The translations under genes and the position numbers were made by a program. Under the pieces are notes generated by a model. That model had not been told where the DNA came from. It did not search any database and was given only the letters and a program-made list of their open reading frames with translations. A stretch of DNA of 63,722 nt, the filler included, from an uncultured Methanosarcinales archaeon (lineage in GTDB: Archaea > Nanobdellota > Nanobdellia > Woesearchaeales > CAYXTQ01), in NCBI GenBank assembly GCA_964608065.1. It is 7 parts of 7 records of this genome, joined end to end, with 100 filler letters (N's around TTAATTAATTAA, not from the genome) between each part and the next. Parts side by side here need not be neighbours in the genome. Positions count along the whole stretch, not along the records: positions 48,972 to 58,165 come from CAZSMA010000059.1; positions 58,266 to 63,722 come from CAZSMA010000089.1; 5 more parts are not named here. One strand, 5' to 3'. The first letter of the stretch is position 1; every line of letters begins with the position of its first letter. Positions 50,251 to 60,136 of the stretch are shown here, one piece after another.

Positions 50251-50274
50251 TTGTTTAAATAGTTTATTGTTTTA
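50251..50274 (-). promoter_or_regulatory. BRE/TATA promoter of tRNA-Val; identical 24-bp copy at 50430-50453 for tRNA-Thr
   Basis: TAAAACAATAAACTATTTAAACAA starts 23-26 nt upstream of both tRNA 5' ends. Confidence 0.7.
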
Positions 50275-50286
50275 AAAAAAGTAATA

Positions 50287-50404
50287 AGCCTCTGGGGAGA
50301 TTTGCACTCCCGACCTTTGCCTTATTGGTCATACATAATACCAAGGCTTCGCGGATTATGACAAATGTCATAACCTAACGCAATGGCTACTATGCTACAG
50401 AGGC
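50287..50404 (-). tRNA. tRNA-Thr(GGT) with two introns (28/29, 29 nt; 37/38, 16 nt)
   Basis: Acceptor GCCTCTG/CAGAGGC; T stem GGGAG/CTCCC; removing 50348-50376 and 50323-50338 restores TTGCC-TTGGTAA-GGCAA. Confidence 0.85.
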
Positions 50405-50442
50405 ATTAGAACTGTTTGTTTTTTCTTTATTGTTTAAATAGT

Positions 50443-51861
50443 TTATTGTTTTATTTGGTCTAATGCTTTATCCAGGGCTTTGATTGCATCATCTGCTCCT
50501 TCAAGGCCAACTGAGTATCTTATCATGTTGTCAGCAATGCCTCTTTTTTTTCTATCTTCAGAACTCATTTGAGCGTGTGTTGTAGTGGCATTATGAACCC
50601 ACACAGTATAGCTTCCTCCTAAGTGTGTTACATGTGCACCAAAATCAAAAGCTTGTGCAAATTTTTTAGCTGCTTCTAATCCACCCTTTATGTTAAAAGA
50701 CATTAAATATCCATAGCCATTAGTTCCATCAGGCAATTTCATTAATTTTTTTGCGATTTCATGCTGAGGATGGGATTCTAAACCAGGATAGTTTACTGAC
50801 TCAATCATTGGGTGGTTTTCTAAAAATTTAGCAATCTTTAAAGCATTCTTACAATGCTGTTCAATTCTTATTCTTAAAGTGCCTATCTCATCCCAAATCA
50901 GCATTGAATTAAAAGGTGAAAGACAAGGCCCTAAGTTCCTAAAATGGCCTCCTTTTAATTTATTTACAAAATCTTCCTGAAGATCAGCATCTTTTGTTAC
51001 AATTTTTGTTTTTGCAACAATAACTCCACCTATAGCTCTGCAACTGCCATTAGAAACTTTTGATGTAGAATGTATAACTATATCAGCGCCATGTTCTAAT
51101 GGTCTTGTTAAAGCTGTTGAAGCTACAGTTGAATCAATAATAAGCGGAATATTATTTTGATGAGTTATTTCTGCTAAAGCAGGAATATCAGCTACAAACA
51201 GTGTTGGGTTGCTAGGAAACTCTACAAACAAAAATTTGGTTTTTTCATCTATTGTGTTCTTCCATTCTTCTAAATCCCATGGTTGATTTACCCATTTTAC
51301 ATTCCATCCAGATTTTGGATAAGTTACATCAAATAATTGTTGCGTGCCTCCGTAAACATGGCTAGAGGAAACAAAATTATCTCCTGGTTTTAGAAAAGCC
51401 ATTGTTGCTGCCATAATTGCAGACATACCAGAAGATGTGCAAAGTCCTTGTGTTAGTTCTGGAATACCGATTCCTTCTAAAGCAGCAAATTTCCAGGCTA
51501 AATGATCTGGATTGATATTATCTATCCTGGTGTATATCTTATTAGGATCATTAGTTGTTTGATAGGATAAAAGCAAAGCTCCATCTACTAAGCTGTCATA
51601 AGAGCCGCCTGCAGTTGTCATAAACAAAGGCAATGTTAATGATTTATATCGCATCATATCTTCTTTTCCATATAAACCCCATAATGCTACTGTGTCAAAT
51701 GCTTGGTTTTTAGCATTTTTCATCTGCTCTTCTCTTTTTCTTATTGTTGTTTCACTTCTTTTCTTAAAATAAGCTTCTTCATCTGTAGATGATTCGAGAA
51801 CTCTTATCTTTTCCTTTAGTTTTACAACTTCTTCACTTATAAAATTATTAGACATATTCAT
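50443..51861 (-). CDS. PLP-dependent Cys/Met metabolism enzyme (MetB/MetY/MetZ/methionine gamma-lyase family)
   Basis: YTR..N, SSGMSAI, YGGT, EFPSNP, HSTSK, VNYPGL.SHPQH, IRYSVGLE. Confidence 0.9.
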   Translation of the reverse strand: MNMSNNFISEEVVKLKEKIRVLESSTDEEAYFKKRSETTIRKREEQMKNAKNQAFDTVALWGLYGKEDMMRYKSLTLPLFMTTAGGSYDSLVDGALLLSYQTTNDPNKIYTRIDNINPDHLAWKFAALEGIGIPELTQGLCTSSGMSAIMAATMAFLKPGDNFVSSSHVYGGTQQLFDVTYPKSGWNVKWVNQPWDLEEWKNTIDEKTKFLFVEFPSNPTLFVADIPALAEITHQNNIPLIIDSTVASTALTRPLEHGADIVIHSTSKVSNGSCRAIGGVIVAKTKIVTKDADLQEDFVNKLKGGHFRNLGPCLSPFNSMLIWDEIGTLRIRIEQHCKNALKIAKFLENHPMIESVNYPGLESHPQHEIAKKLMKLPDGTNGYGYLMSFNIKGGLEAAKKFAQAFDFGAHVTHLGGSYTVWVHNATTTHAQMSSEDRKKRGIADNMIRYSVGLEGADDAIKALDKALDQIKQ

Positions 51862-51919
51862 CCCCCCAACTAAGCTAATATTATTTAGAAATATCTTGTT
51901 ATTTAAATTTCTTTTTGTT

Positions 51920-52669
51920 TTAAAGCTTTATCTTGCCTTTGTGCCAGTCATTAAGCAGTTGTATAGCTGCTCTTTTTTCATCAATAATTCCGCCTTTTAT
52001 CAGCATATTATTTTTTCTTCCGAATTCAATCAAGAAATCTTCTGAACTTGCTTTGATACCATATGCTATCTCAAGTGCAAAAGGATTGGTTCTCATAAAT
52101 ATTTTTATTAATTTATAAGCAACAATATCAGGGTCCTTTAATTTAAAAGGGCTTATTCCAGAAACCAAGCCAAGCCTTACTTCATCTCTTTCCCTGAAAG
52201 GAACAACTCCAGGAGTGTCAAACAATCTAAGGTTGGCTTTTCCTGCAATTAACTGAGATCCTTTGGTGAATCCTGATTCAGAACTTGTACGTGCTCTTCC
52301 ACCTTTGGAAAGCCTGTTTATCACTGAACTTTTTCCTGTGTTAGGGTACCCTATAACTGCTACCCTGATATTTTCAATTTTTGTTTTTATTTTTATTTTT
52401 TTTATCAGATCAGTTATGCCTTTTGACAATTTAGTTGAGACTATAACATAATCAGAATTTTGATATTGTTTCTTTATATTTTTAATTGTAGTTCCAGAAA
52501 CAATATCTGCTTTATTTATTACAAGTATAACTGGCTTTTTGTAGAAAGAAGCGTATTCTTCCATTTTCCTTATTCTTGTCAATTCTGGAAGGCGTGCATC
52601 TAATATTTCCAAGACTATATCGCTCTTTCTTATTATATCTTTAACTGTAATCCAATATCCTTTCTTCAT
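51920..52669 (-). CDS. Circularly permuted ribosome biogenesis GTPase (YlqF/RbgA family)
   Basis: DAR, NKAD preceding GYPNTGKSS and DTPG. Confidence 0.9.
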   Translation of the reverse strand: MKKGYWITVKDIIRKSDIVLEILDARLPELTRIRKMEEYASFYKKPVILVINKADIVSGTTIKNIKKQYQNSDYVIVSTKLSKGITDLIKKIKIKTKIENIRVAVIGYPNTGKSSVINRLSKGGRARTSSESGFTKGSQLIAGKANLRLFDTPGVVPFRERDEVRLGLVSGISPFKLKDPDIVAYKLIKIFMRTNPFALEIAYGIKASSEDFLIEFGRKNNMLIKGGIIDEKRAAIQLLNDWHKGKIKL

Positions 52670-52704
52670 ATAGGGCGGTTAGAAGAGCTTATTTAAAAAG
52701 GTGT

Positions 52705-53130
52705 TTATTCAAAATAGTCTTCATAGGAAAAAGAGCGTTTTATTCCTTCAAAAGAACAGCTGCCTTTTTCTTCAATAACATTTCCATCCAGATGTTCCCT
52801 GTATCTATTGATTAAGGAAGTACAATCCTTACATCGTGAAAAACAAGTTCCTATTGCCACATCAAACTCCTTATCATTTAACTTGATGAGCTTTGAAGGC
52901 ACTTCTGAATTATTACTGAAATAGTGATGTATATTTTTTATGAAACTATTATCTGTAAATTTCTCTGAGAGTTTTATATGGAGATTACATTTTTTAGGGG
53001 TTCTGTCACTGACTATTTCTTTTTTGATAAGAATGCATCTTTCTCTTTGTAGTTTTATTTTTTTTCTATCTTTATTTCTTATAATACTCTCTGGGAGTTT
53101 AAGGCTTCCATCAGGATTGAACTCAGCCAT
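52705..53130 (-). CDS. Hypothetical protein
   Basis: ORF tightly coupled to its neighbours; CFSRCKDC. Confidence 0.6.
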   Translation of the reverse strand: MAEFNPDGSLKLPESIIRNKDRKKIKLQRERCILIKKEIVSDRTPKKCNLHIKLSEKFTDNSFIKNIHHYFSNNSEVPSKLIKLNDKEFDVAIGTCFSRCKDCTSLINRYREHLDGNVIEEKGSCSFEGIKRSFSYEDYFE

Positions 53131-53131
53131 C

Positions 53132-53860
53132 TTAGAAAGACCATGTTCCTGTTAAGCTGTCTCTAGAACAAATTTCATATTCTATCTTTCTTTTGACTAA
53201 AGTCTCGAAAGTGTTTTTTGCAACTTCTGGTGTGTTATTGTTTCCAGATAAATGACCTAAAAGAACTAAAGAAAGATTTTTTCCTTTAGTCTGAATAAGG
53301 GAACTTGCATCAATATTACTTAGATGTCCTTGTTCAGATAGTATCCATTTTTTTAAGAAAGCTGGATAGGATCCATTTATAACCATATCAATATCATGAT
53401 TGCTTTCAATAAGCAGGCTATTGAGTTTTGGGATAACTGATTCCATCTGTTTTGTAACAACGCCAGTATCTGTGAAAATACCAAATTTGTTTATAACAAA
53501 ACCACAGCTATTGACATTATGAGAGGTAGGAATAGGTTTTATCTTTAATGAACCTATTTTGAATTCTTTATTTGGATTAAATATTTTGCTTTGTATTTGG
53601 CCAAGCTTTTCTTTTGGAAAACCTTTTGCCATATAGATTGGAATATCATATCTTCTTGACAATACTCCTGCTCCTGTAATATGATCATGATGAGCATGTG
53701 TTAGAATAATTGCTTGTACATCCTCTAAATTTTTTCCTAATTGTTCCATACGATAAGTAATTTCTCTGCCACTTTTCCCCACATCTATCAAGACATTAGA
53801 TTTGTCTTCTATTAAGCAGCAGTTTCCATTACTTCCTGAAGCTATCACTGAAATCTCCAT
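53132..53860 (-). CDS. MBL-fold hydrolase, YycJ/WalJ-like
   Basis: ASGSNGN, THAHHDH, TDTG, ESNHD, GHLSN, HLS..NNTP. Confidence 0.88.
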   Translation of the reverse strand: MEISVIASGSNGNCCLIEDKSNVLIDVGKSGREITYRMEQLGKNLEDVQAIILTHAHHDHITGAGVLSRRYDIPIYMAKGFPKEKLGQIQSKIFNPNKEFKIGSLKIKPIPTSHNVNSCGFVINKFGIFTDTGVVTKQMESVIPKLNSLLIESNHDIDMVINGSYPAFLKKWILSEQGHLSNIDASSLIQTKGKNLSLVLLGHLSGNNNTPEVAKNTFETLVKRKIEYEICSRDSLTGTWSF

Positions 53861-53899
53861 TAGTTCACCTCTTTGGAATAATTTTAGAATTGGTTTTAT

Positions 53900-54589
53900 T
53901 TAAATGTTGTGTTCAAATATACTGTCTTTCTCCTTATTATCTAAAATCCTGTATTTTCCTGGCTTCAATCCGTTTAATCCAAGATTTCCTATTTTTATTC
54001 TTTCCAGATACCTAACATTATACCTTAACTTCTTCATCATTCTTCTTATGATTCTATTTTTTCCTTCATGAATTGTAATTTCTATTACTCTTTGTAATTT
54101 TTTTTTGACTTTTGCAGGAGAAGTTTTTCCATCTTCTAAAAAAATTCCTTTTTCTATGTTCCTTATTGAATCTTCTGTTATAGGTATATTTACCTCAACC
54201 CGATATGTTTTCTTTATCTCATACCTTGGATGCATTATCTTATTTGCAAAGTCCCCATCATTAGTAAGGATTAATAATCCTGAAGTGTTGAAATCAAGCC
54301 TTCCTATTGGAAAGACTCTTTCCTTGATATTGATATAGTGCATTATTGTTTTGTAGTGAGGGTCTTTTAAAGCAGTTACGCATCCCACTGGTTTGTTGAA
54401 AATCATATATACTTTATTTTCTTTATTGACTAATTTATTATCTACATAAATTTTATCATCTTCAGAAGCTTTATCTCCAATAGTTATTAATTTAGAATTT
54501 ACTTTAACTCTTCCTTGTATGATTAATTCTTCTGCTTTTCTTCTGGAACAATAACCATAGTTGCTTAATAATTTCTGAACACGATGCAT
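53900..54589 (-). CDS. RsuA/RluB-family rRNA pseudouridine synthase with S4 domain
   Basis: RVQKLL...CSRRKAEE, NKP.G, GRLD..TSGL..LTNDG, EGKNR..RRM. Confidence 0.92.
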   Translation of the reverse strand: MHRVQKLLSNYGYCSRRKAEELIIQGRVKVNSKLITIGDKASEDDKIYVDNKLVNKENKVYMIFNKPVGCVTALKDPHYKTIMHYINIKERVFPIGRLDFNTSGLLILTNDGDFANKIMHPRYEIKKTYRVEVNIPITEDSIRNIEKGIFLEDGKTSPAKVKKKLQRVIEITIHEGKNRIIRRMMKKLRYNVRYLERIKIGNLGLNGLKPGKYRILDNKEKDSIFEHNI

Positions 54590-54614
54590 AACTATGGATA
54601 ATAAATAAGAAAGT

Positions 54615-55958
54615 TTAAAATACTTTCCTTATTGTGCAAAACATGTGTTCTCTGAAGAAATTCATTGTCTTAGGATATTTGTTAATATTCTCTATTGTTT
54701 TTTTGTAATTTTCTCTTAGTTTAGCTGCTTGCTTTTGTGTTAATCCTTTTTTTACTTCATAGCTAATTTTTGGTGCTAAAACTGTTCTTTCTTCCTCAAT
54801 TATTTTTTTTATACCAAACTTTTCAGGATTATTGTAAATAACTGTGTCTTTTTGCAGGCCAAAGATTGAAGATGAGACTAAATCGATATTTTTATTATTA
54901 TTTTTTAAAAATATAATTGTTTCCAGGAATTCCTCTTTGGTTTCAGTTGGAAATCCAAAAAGCATGTAAGCAATATTTTTTATTCCTGCTTTATTGCTGT
55001 TTTCAAGAACTTTTTCTATGTCTTTCTTATTGGTTCCTTTGTTAATTAATCTTAATATTCTGTCATTTCCAGACTCAACACCCCACATTAGCAGAGTTAA
55101 TCCAGATTCTCTGAGTTTTTTCAATGTTTCATAATCTAAATCTTTTGTAGGTCTTAGCTGACAGGTCCAATTTATATTTAATGGCTTAACTACTTCTGCT
55201 ATCTTCAATAATCTTTTAACTGGAACCATATCATCAATTAAGAAAAAGTATTTTTGCTTTGAGTTGATTATTGTTTTTTTGATTAAGTCTAAAGGATATT
55301 CATAATAATTGGTTTTAGTATAATGAGTGCAGAAAGTGCATCTTCTGTAATAACATGTTGTTGAAGTTTTAATTGGTATAACTGGGTAAGGGGTGAAATA
55401 TTCGTTTAGATCATAAATTGAAAAATCTGGGACAGTATTAAAATTTAAATTATCATGTTCTGTTTTTTTTATGTAATTAAGTAAATCTATCTCATTATTC
55501 AATGCTTTGTCTGCAATTTTGACTAATTTTTCATTTACAGATGGACCTCCTATGATACATTTAACATCTAATTCTTTTATAAGAGAATAAGCATAAAATG
55601 CCTGGCTTGAATATACAATGCTGAATGCAACTATGTCTGGCTGCTTGTCTTTAATTTTTTTTAATAGTTCTTTGAATAGTTCGGGTTTTTTATTATTTAC
55701 AACTTTTTTATTGTTTTCAGAATAGGTTTTTTTTGTTAATTTATTATAATCATTTGTTATTTTGTCATAGTCTTTCCATTTCATATCTTGATAATACTTC
55801 TGATATTCAGGAAATTTAAGTTTATGAAATTCAAGATTAAGATCTAAAACTTCAATATTATGTTTGCAGTTTGCTTTTAAGAATGAATAAAGATAAGTTA
55901 CAGAATAAGGTGGTGAAGCTGGAGTACAAAACGGTAGATATACTAGTAAGATATTCAT
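54615..55958 (-). CDS. B12-binding radical SAM protein
   Basis: CYYRRCTFC, PDIVAFS, GVESGNDRIL, GFPTET. Confidence 0.85.
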   Translation of the reverse strand: MNILLVYLPFCTPASPPYSVTYLYSFLKANCKHNIEVLDLNLEFHKLKFPEYQKYYQDMKWKDYDKITNDYNKLTKKTYSENNKKVVNNKKPELFKELLKKIKDKQPDIVAFSIVYSSQAFYAYSLIKELDVKCIIGGPSVNEKLVKIADKALNNEIDLLNYIKKTEHDNLNFNTVPDFSIYDLNEYFTPYPVIPIKTSTTCYYRRCTFCTHYTKTNYYEYPLDLIKKTIINSKQKYFFLIDDMVPVKRLLKIAEVVKPLNINWTCQLRPTKDLDYETLKKLRESGLTLLMWGVESGNDRILRLINKGTNKKDIEKVLENSNKAGIKNIAYMLFGFPTETKEEFLETIIFLKNNNKNIDLVSSSIFGLQKDTVIYNNPEKFGIKKIIEEERTVLAPKISYEVKKGLTQKQAAKLRENYKKTIENINKYPKTMNFFREHMFCTIRKVF

Positions 55959-56091
55959 TTTAAGGAATAGTTCTTGATTGATTATTAAAGGTTTAGTAAA
56001 AGAGAGAGAAATGCAATGTGGTCGAGTACAACAGTTCACGAAGTTAAAGAGGAATGGAGAAGTTTATAAAAGGTAGAGTATTAAGTAGATT

Positions 56092-56754
56092 ATGATAAGC
56101 AACATAATCAAAAATAGGAGGAGCATTTCTTCTTTTACTAATAAAAAAGTGCCTTTAAGTTTAATAGATGAACTCATTTCTGTTTCTAGTTATGCTCCAT
56201 CTAGTTGTAATACTCAACCTTGGTTCTTTTTAGTTTTCCATACTGATAAACAAAAGAAAAAACTAAATTGGTATATTAAAAAAGGATATGAATTTACAAA
56301 CCAATCCTTAAAACATAAACACAAAATAATGGGTAATATTTATACTAAACTGCTAAATTTTTTCTCCAATTATGGCAAATTTGATGAAGCTCCGGTATAC
56401 ATATTGTTATTTACAAGACCTTATGACGCCCCTTTACTTTCAAACGCAATCAAATTTGCAAAAAATAAAAACATTGAAAAAATTGCAGATGATTCAGTTA
56501 AAACAAGTTGTGCTATGGCAATGCAGAACTTCCTATTAATTGCCCATGAAAAAGGATTAGGAACCAAAGTTAAGGATGGCATTAAATTTCTTATGAATTT
56601 TGACAAATTAAGAAATGAGTTCTACAAAGAATTTCAAATACCTTCTACGCACAAATTAATATCTGGAATTCAATTAGGTTATCCAACTAAAAAAGCACTT
56701 GAAAGAAAGGCTTCAAAAAGATTACCAAAAAACAAAACACGAAAATATATCTAG
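56092..56754 (+). CDS. Nitroreductase family protein
   Basis: NRRSI, APSSCNTQPW, AMQNFLL.A...GLGT, LGYP. Confidence 0.88.
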   Translation: MISNIIKNRRSISSFTNKKVPLSLIDELISVSSYAPSSCNTQPWFFLVFHTDKQKKKLNWYIKKGYEFTNQSLKHKHKIMGNIYTKLLNFFSNYGKFDEAPVYILLFTRPYDAPLLSNAIKFAKNKNIEKIADDSVKTSCAMAMQNFLLIAHEKGLGTKVKDGIKFLMNFDKLRNEFYKEFQIPSTHKLISGIQLGYPTKKALERKASKRLPKNKTRKYI

Positions 56755-56842
56755 CTGTATTCTAAATATGAAATTAAGGAAGTAAATAAAGGCTGGGTTG
56801 TTTACAGTAATCTTTTTAAATAGATAAGAGATTCCATGATGT

Positions 56843-57181
56843 ATGAAAGATGAGATTGAGTTAAATAAAGCAAGAATTACTATGTATGCAAATAATCCAG
56901 AAATGCTTCAGACAGTTGCAAAACCAGTAGTACAATATTTTAAGCAATTAGAAAAACACATAGGATTTGATGATGATGATAGATTATTTAAGATGGTAGC
57001 CATCCCCAATATTGCTGATGATATTAAGTCTTTAGAAACACTATTACCTAAATTAATGCATGGAAGTAGAATCGAAAGAACACATGCTTCTATACTCTAT
57101 TTGCGTTTACAAGGATTAATAGAAGAATATTATAAGAAAGAATTTCCTGACTTTGAACAAGATTTTAATACTGAGGTTTAA
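56843..57181 (+). CDS. Hypothetical protein
   Basis: ORF with TTTTAAAT box upstream. Confidence 0.5.
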   Translation: MKDEIELNKARITMYANNPEMLQTVAKPVVQYFKQLEKHIGFDDDDRLFKMVAIPNIADDIKSLETLLPKLMHGSRIERTHASILYLRLQGLIEEYYKKEFPDFEQDFNTEV

Positions 57182-57257
57182 ACAAACCACCGATTGTTTA
57201 CTTGTGATTTTTCATATATAGAAGAAGATTAATAAAAAAAAAAAAAAACGCTTATAT

Positions 57258-58094
57258 TCACACCAAATTCTGTGCTAAGAATGAATGCTTGCCCATCCAC
57301 TTTGTTGTATTCTTTCTATACCTAAAAGGCTCATTAAACTTCTCTGTTAAATCCAGATACTCACGTAAAATTGTGTCTTTCGAAGTAGAGGATATGTCTT
57401 TTAGTGTATTGAACACTGAAGGGTCGAGAACAGCAGATCTTCCAAGCATCACTCCTTTAACACCTTTATTTTTAAGAAAATCAATTTGCTCTTTAGTTTT
57501 AATATCCCCGTTTGCAATAATGTTCTTGCCTGTCTTTACACATGTATCATAAACCCCAAAATCTGCAGGGGTGTTATAACCTTGGGTGCAGTGCCTTGCA
57601 TGGACAACAAAGAAATCAACATCAACTGCATCTATGATATGAAGATAAACTTTATTTTCTTTATCGCACTGATTAAGACCTAAACGCATCTTTATTGATA
57701 TGTTGTATCCATGATCTTTGAAGATGCCAACTATTTTTTTAGTCTTACTTATCCTTCTAATCATTGCACAACCTTGGCCAGCGCGGATAACTGCAGGACT
57801 CGGACAACCAAGATTAAGATTGAAACCTTTGAAACCAGCTGAAGGCTTGAACATACTAAGAAATTTTTTAAAATATGCTTCTTTTGTTCCCAATAATTGT
57901 ATGACTGTAGGAGTGTCATCATGAAAATCAAGCCTTGACCATGTACTCTTATTTTTTCTTGCAAGACCTTGTACCTTAACAAGCTCTGTAAAAGTGAGAT
58001 CAGCACCATATTTATAGCAGATAGTCCTAAAAGAATTACTAGTTATGTCTTCAATGGGTGCAAGCATGTAACTAAATTTTTCCATTTTAATCAA
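57258..58094 (-). CDS. dus: tRNA-dihydrouridine synthase
   Basis: LAPIE, FTE, QLLG, NLNLGCP, K.R.G, VHAR, IANGDI, GVMLGR. Confidence 0.88.
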   Translation of the reverse strand: MIKMEKFSYMLAPIEDITSNSFRTICYKYGADLTFTELVKVQGLARKNKSTWSRLDFHDDTPTVIQLLGTKEAYFKKFLSMFKPSAGFKGFNLNLGCPSPAVIRAGQGCAMIRRISKTKKIVGIFKDHGYNISIKMRLGLNQCDKENKVYLHIIDAVDVDFFVVHARHCTQGYNTPADFGVYDTCVKTGKNIIANGDIKTKEQIDFLKNKGVKGVMLGRSAVLDPSVFNTLKDISSTSKDTILREYLDLTEKFNEPFRYRKNTTKWMGKHSFLAQNLV

Positions 58095-58165
58095 TTTGTT
58101 TTTTTTTCTCTCTTTTCATTTATCTTATCAATCATTGTTTTAAAGGTTTTATCTTTTGATTTACA

Positions 58166-58265
58166 NNNNNNNNNNNNNNNNNNNNNNNNNNNNNNNNNNN
58201 NNNNNNNNNTTAATTAATTAANNNNNNNNNNNNNNNNNNNNNNNNNNNNNNNNNNNNNNNNNNNN
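58166..58265. other. Artificial contig linker
   Basis: N44-TTAATTAATTAA-N44. Confidence 0.98.
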
Positions 58266-58267
58266 TA

Positions 58268-59833
58268 TCAGTTCCAGGTTAAGCCAAATTCTTTTAGTTT
58301 TCTCATGCTTATTTCAATATTCTTTTCATCTAGTACTTGTGTTTCTCCTTTCAGATAGCTTTCTTTTTCTGCTTCTAAAATTCCATGAGCACAATTACTT
58401 GGTAATTGAGTTCTTAATCTGTAAACTCCCTGGTCTGCTTTTGTTGTTCCAAGCTTGCAGCTTGTTCTATAGCAATTATAAGTGATATCAACATTATTTA
58501 GTTCAATGCCTTGTATTCCTTCCTCTATACCTAAAGCTCTGATATCATAGATTTCTCCGTCTAATTGAGTGCATTCTTCTTTGTACTCTGGAATTATTGA
58601 AGTAAACAAGCTTCTTCCAAAGTCTACTCTTCTGCCTTGGTTATGGTCTATTAAAACAGGGAAACCAAACCTGAAAACAAAGCCTTTATTGCTAAAAGCT
58701 TCATCATCCCTAATCATAACTTCTATAGGATACCATAGATCATAAGTAAAATGATAAAAATTCATGCACATGAATTTCAGATAGTTAGTAGGACCTCTTC
58801 CGACACCTGATTTTAAAATTCCATTTTCACTTGGTCTTGCTTCTATGTTTATTCCAAAATCTGGAAGATAAGAGAAAGCTGCTGTAAGATCTACATCTTT
58901 AGTTTTAACATTCCATAAATAATGATTGTATTCATAAGCATCATCAGGTGCTTTTATCTTTGGCTTTTCTCCTTTGGTTATATCTTCTAAACTTGTTTTC
59001 TTTAATTGTTCATATATTTCATCATCAGCTAAAAATGGTATGTGGTTTGTGTTAGCAACTCTTATCTGAGGGATATTATAGTATAACATGTTTTGAATCT
59101 GTTCTTTTATTTCACTTAAGAACCATTTTTTTTGTTTACATGTAAATTCCATTCCTGTGAAAGGTATTTCATTATTCATTGTCATCAACTCTAAAGTTAT
59201 GTCTTCGAAATACAAGTCTTTGTTCTCCTGCTGCATTATCTTTACACCTAAATCATAAGCTTGCTTTAATCCTACAGGAACATTTTTAGAGAATTGTCTT
59301 ACATAGCTTGCTTTACCTTTTCCTTTATCTTTAATCATTATTGGATAATCTACTTCAACCAAAACACTGCTTTCTTTAATGCTTGTTTTTGTATTTAATT
59401 TTTTGATCTCTTTTATATCAAAATTGTTTTCAAAAGCTGTAAATTCCTGAATACAGTTTTTGATATTTTCTGTTACATATTCAGAGATCTGGTTTTCCAT
59501 GAATTCAATACTTGGTATTCTGCTTATTCCATTATAGTACCAGAACGGAATCTTGAATAATCCATTTTCATCTACTTTGATGTATGCGTATTTTTCATTA
59601 CTGATTTCTTCTGGAATTTCAATATATCCTCCTTGTGCTCCTAATAATCCTATTGCATCCTCTGATGTTATACTGATACAATCTTCTACATAATTCTTTA
59701 TAGGCATTAGATTAGGTTCTATTAATGCAGGTTCGATATAAGTCCTGTTTTCCTGTATATAGATGAAGATAGCTGCAACTATCAACAACACAATTCCAAT
59801 AATGATGAATACTGTTACTTGTGCTTTCTTCAT
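58268..59833 (-). CDS. Large class III signal-peptide (pilin-like) protein; 3' end possibly truncated
   Basis: MKKA^QVTVFIIIG; YVEDC...QGGYI motif; stop lies 2 nt from contig end. Confidence 0.7.
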   Translation of the reverse strand: MKKAQVTVFIIIGIVLLIVAAIFIYIQENRTYIEPALIEPNLMPIKNYVEDCISITSEDAIGLLGAQGGYIEIPEEISNEKYAYIKVDENGLFKIPFWYYNGISRIPSIEFMENQISEYVTENIKNCIQEFTAFENNFDIKEIKKLNTKTSIKESSVLVEVDYPIMIKDKGKGKASYVRQFSKNVPVGLKQAYDLGVKIMQQENKDLYFEDITLELMTMNNEIPFTGMEFTCKQKKWFLSEIKEQIQNMLYYNIPQIRVANTNHIPFLADDEIYEQLKKTSLEDITKGEKPKIKAPDDAYEYNHYLWNVKTKDVDLTAAFSYLPDFGINIEARPSENGILKSGVGRGPTNYLKFMCMNFYHFTYDLWYPIEVMIRDDEAFSNKGFVFRFGFPVLIDHNQGRRVDFGRSLFTSIIPEYKEECTQLDGEIYDIRALGIEEGIQGIELNNVDITYNCYRTSCKLGTTKADQGVYRLRTQLPSNCAHGILEAEKESYLKGETQVLDEKNIEISMRKLKEFGLTWN

Positions 59834-59970
59834 TTTTTCTTTAGGTCTATTTTTTGTAAGTCTATCTCAACATAATCTTTTTCAGTTAGATTTAGAACTT
59901 TGACAATATCAGCCGGCACTCTAACTACCAGGCCTCCTGCGCTTTTCATCACTTTTTTTGTGTATTTCAT
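59830..59970 (-). CDS. AbrB/MazE/SpoVT-family DNA-binding protein (46 aa), not in the ORF track
   Basis: MKYTKKVMKSAGGLVVRVPADIVKVLNLTEKDYVEIDL; ATGA overlap with the downstream gene. Confidence 0.75.
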   Translation of the reverse strand: MKYTKKVMKSAGGLVVRVPADIVKVLNLTEKDYVEIDLQKIDLKKK

Positions 59971-60050
59971 ATATGTTTTATATATAAAATAACTTTTTTT
60001 ATATATAATTCATCATTGAAAAACCTATATTCATATATGTTTTATATATA
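59966..60050. repeat. 21-bp direct repeat
   Basis: TTCATATATGTTTTATATATA at 59966-59986 and 60030-60050. Confidence 0.7.
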
Positions 60051-60136
60051 CTATTATATAAACTTTTCTATTTTAATTACCCACTGGCCATGTGTGCGTA
60101 AGGTATTTAAATAAAGGCATATCAATATTATCCAAA

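Noticed and set aside
10004..58265. Six regularly spaced TTAATTAATTAA palindromes
   Set aside because: Each is embedded in N44 flanks and is an artificial all-frame-stop linker. Cross-linker neighbourhoods and ORF tails ending in LIN or N are artefacts.
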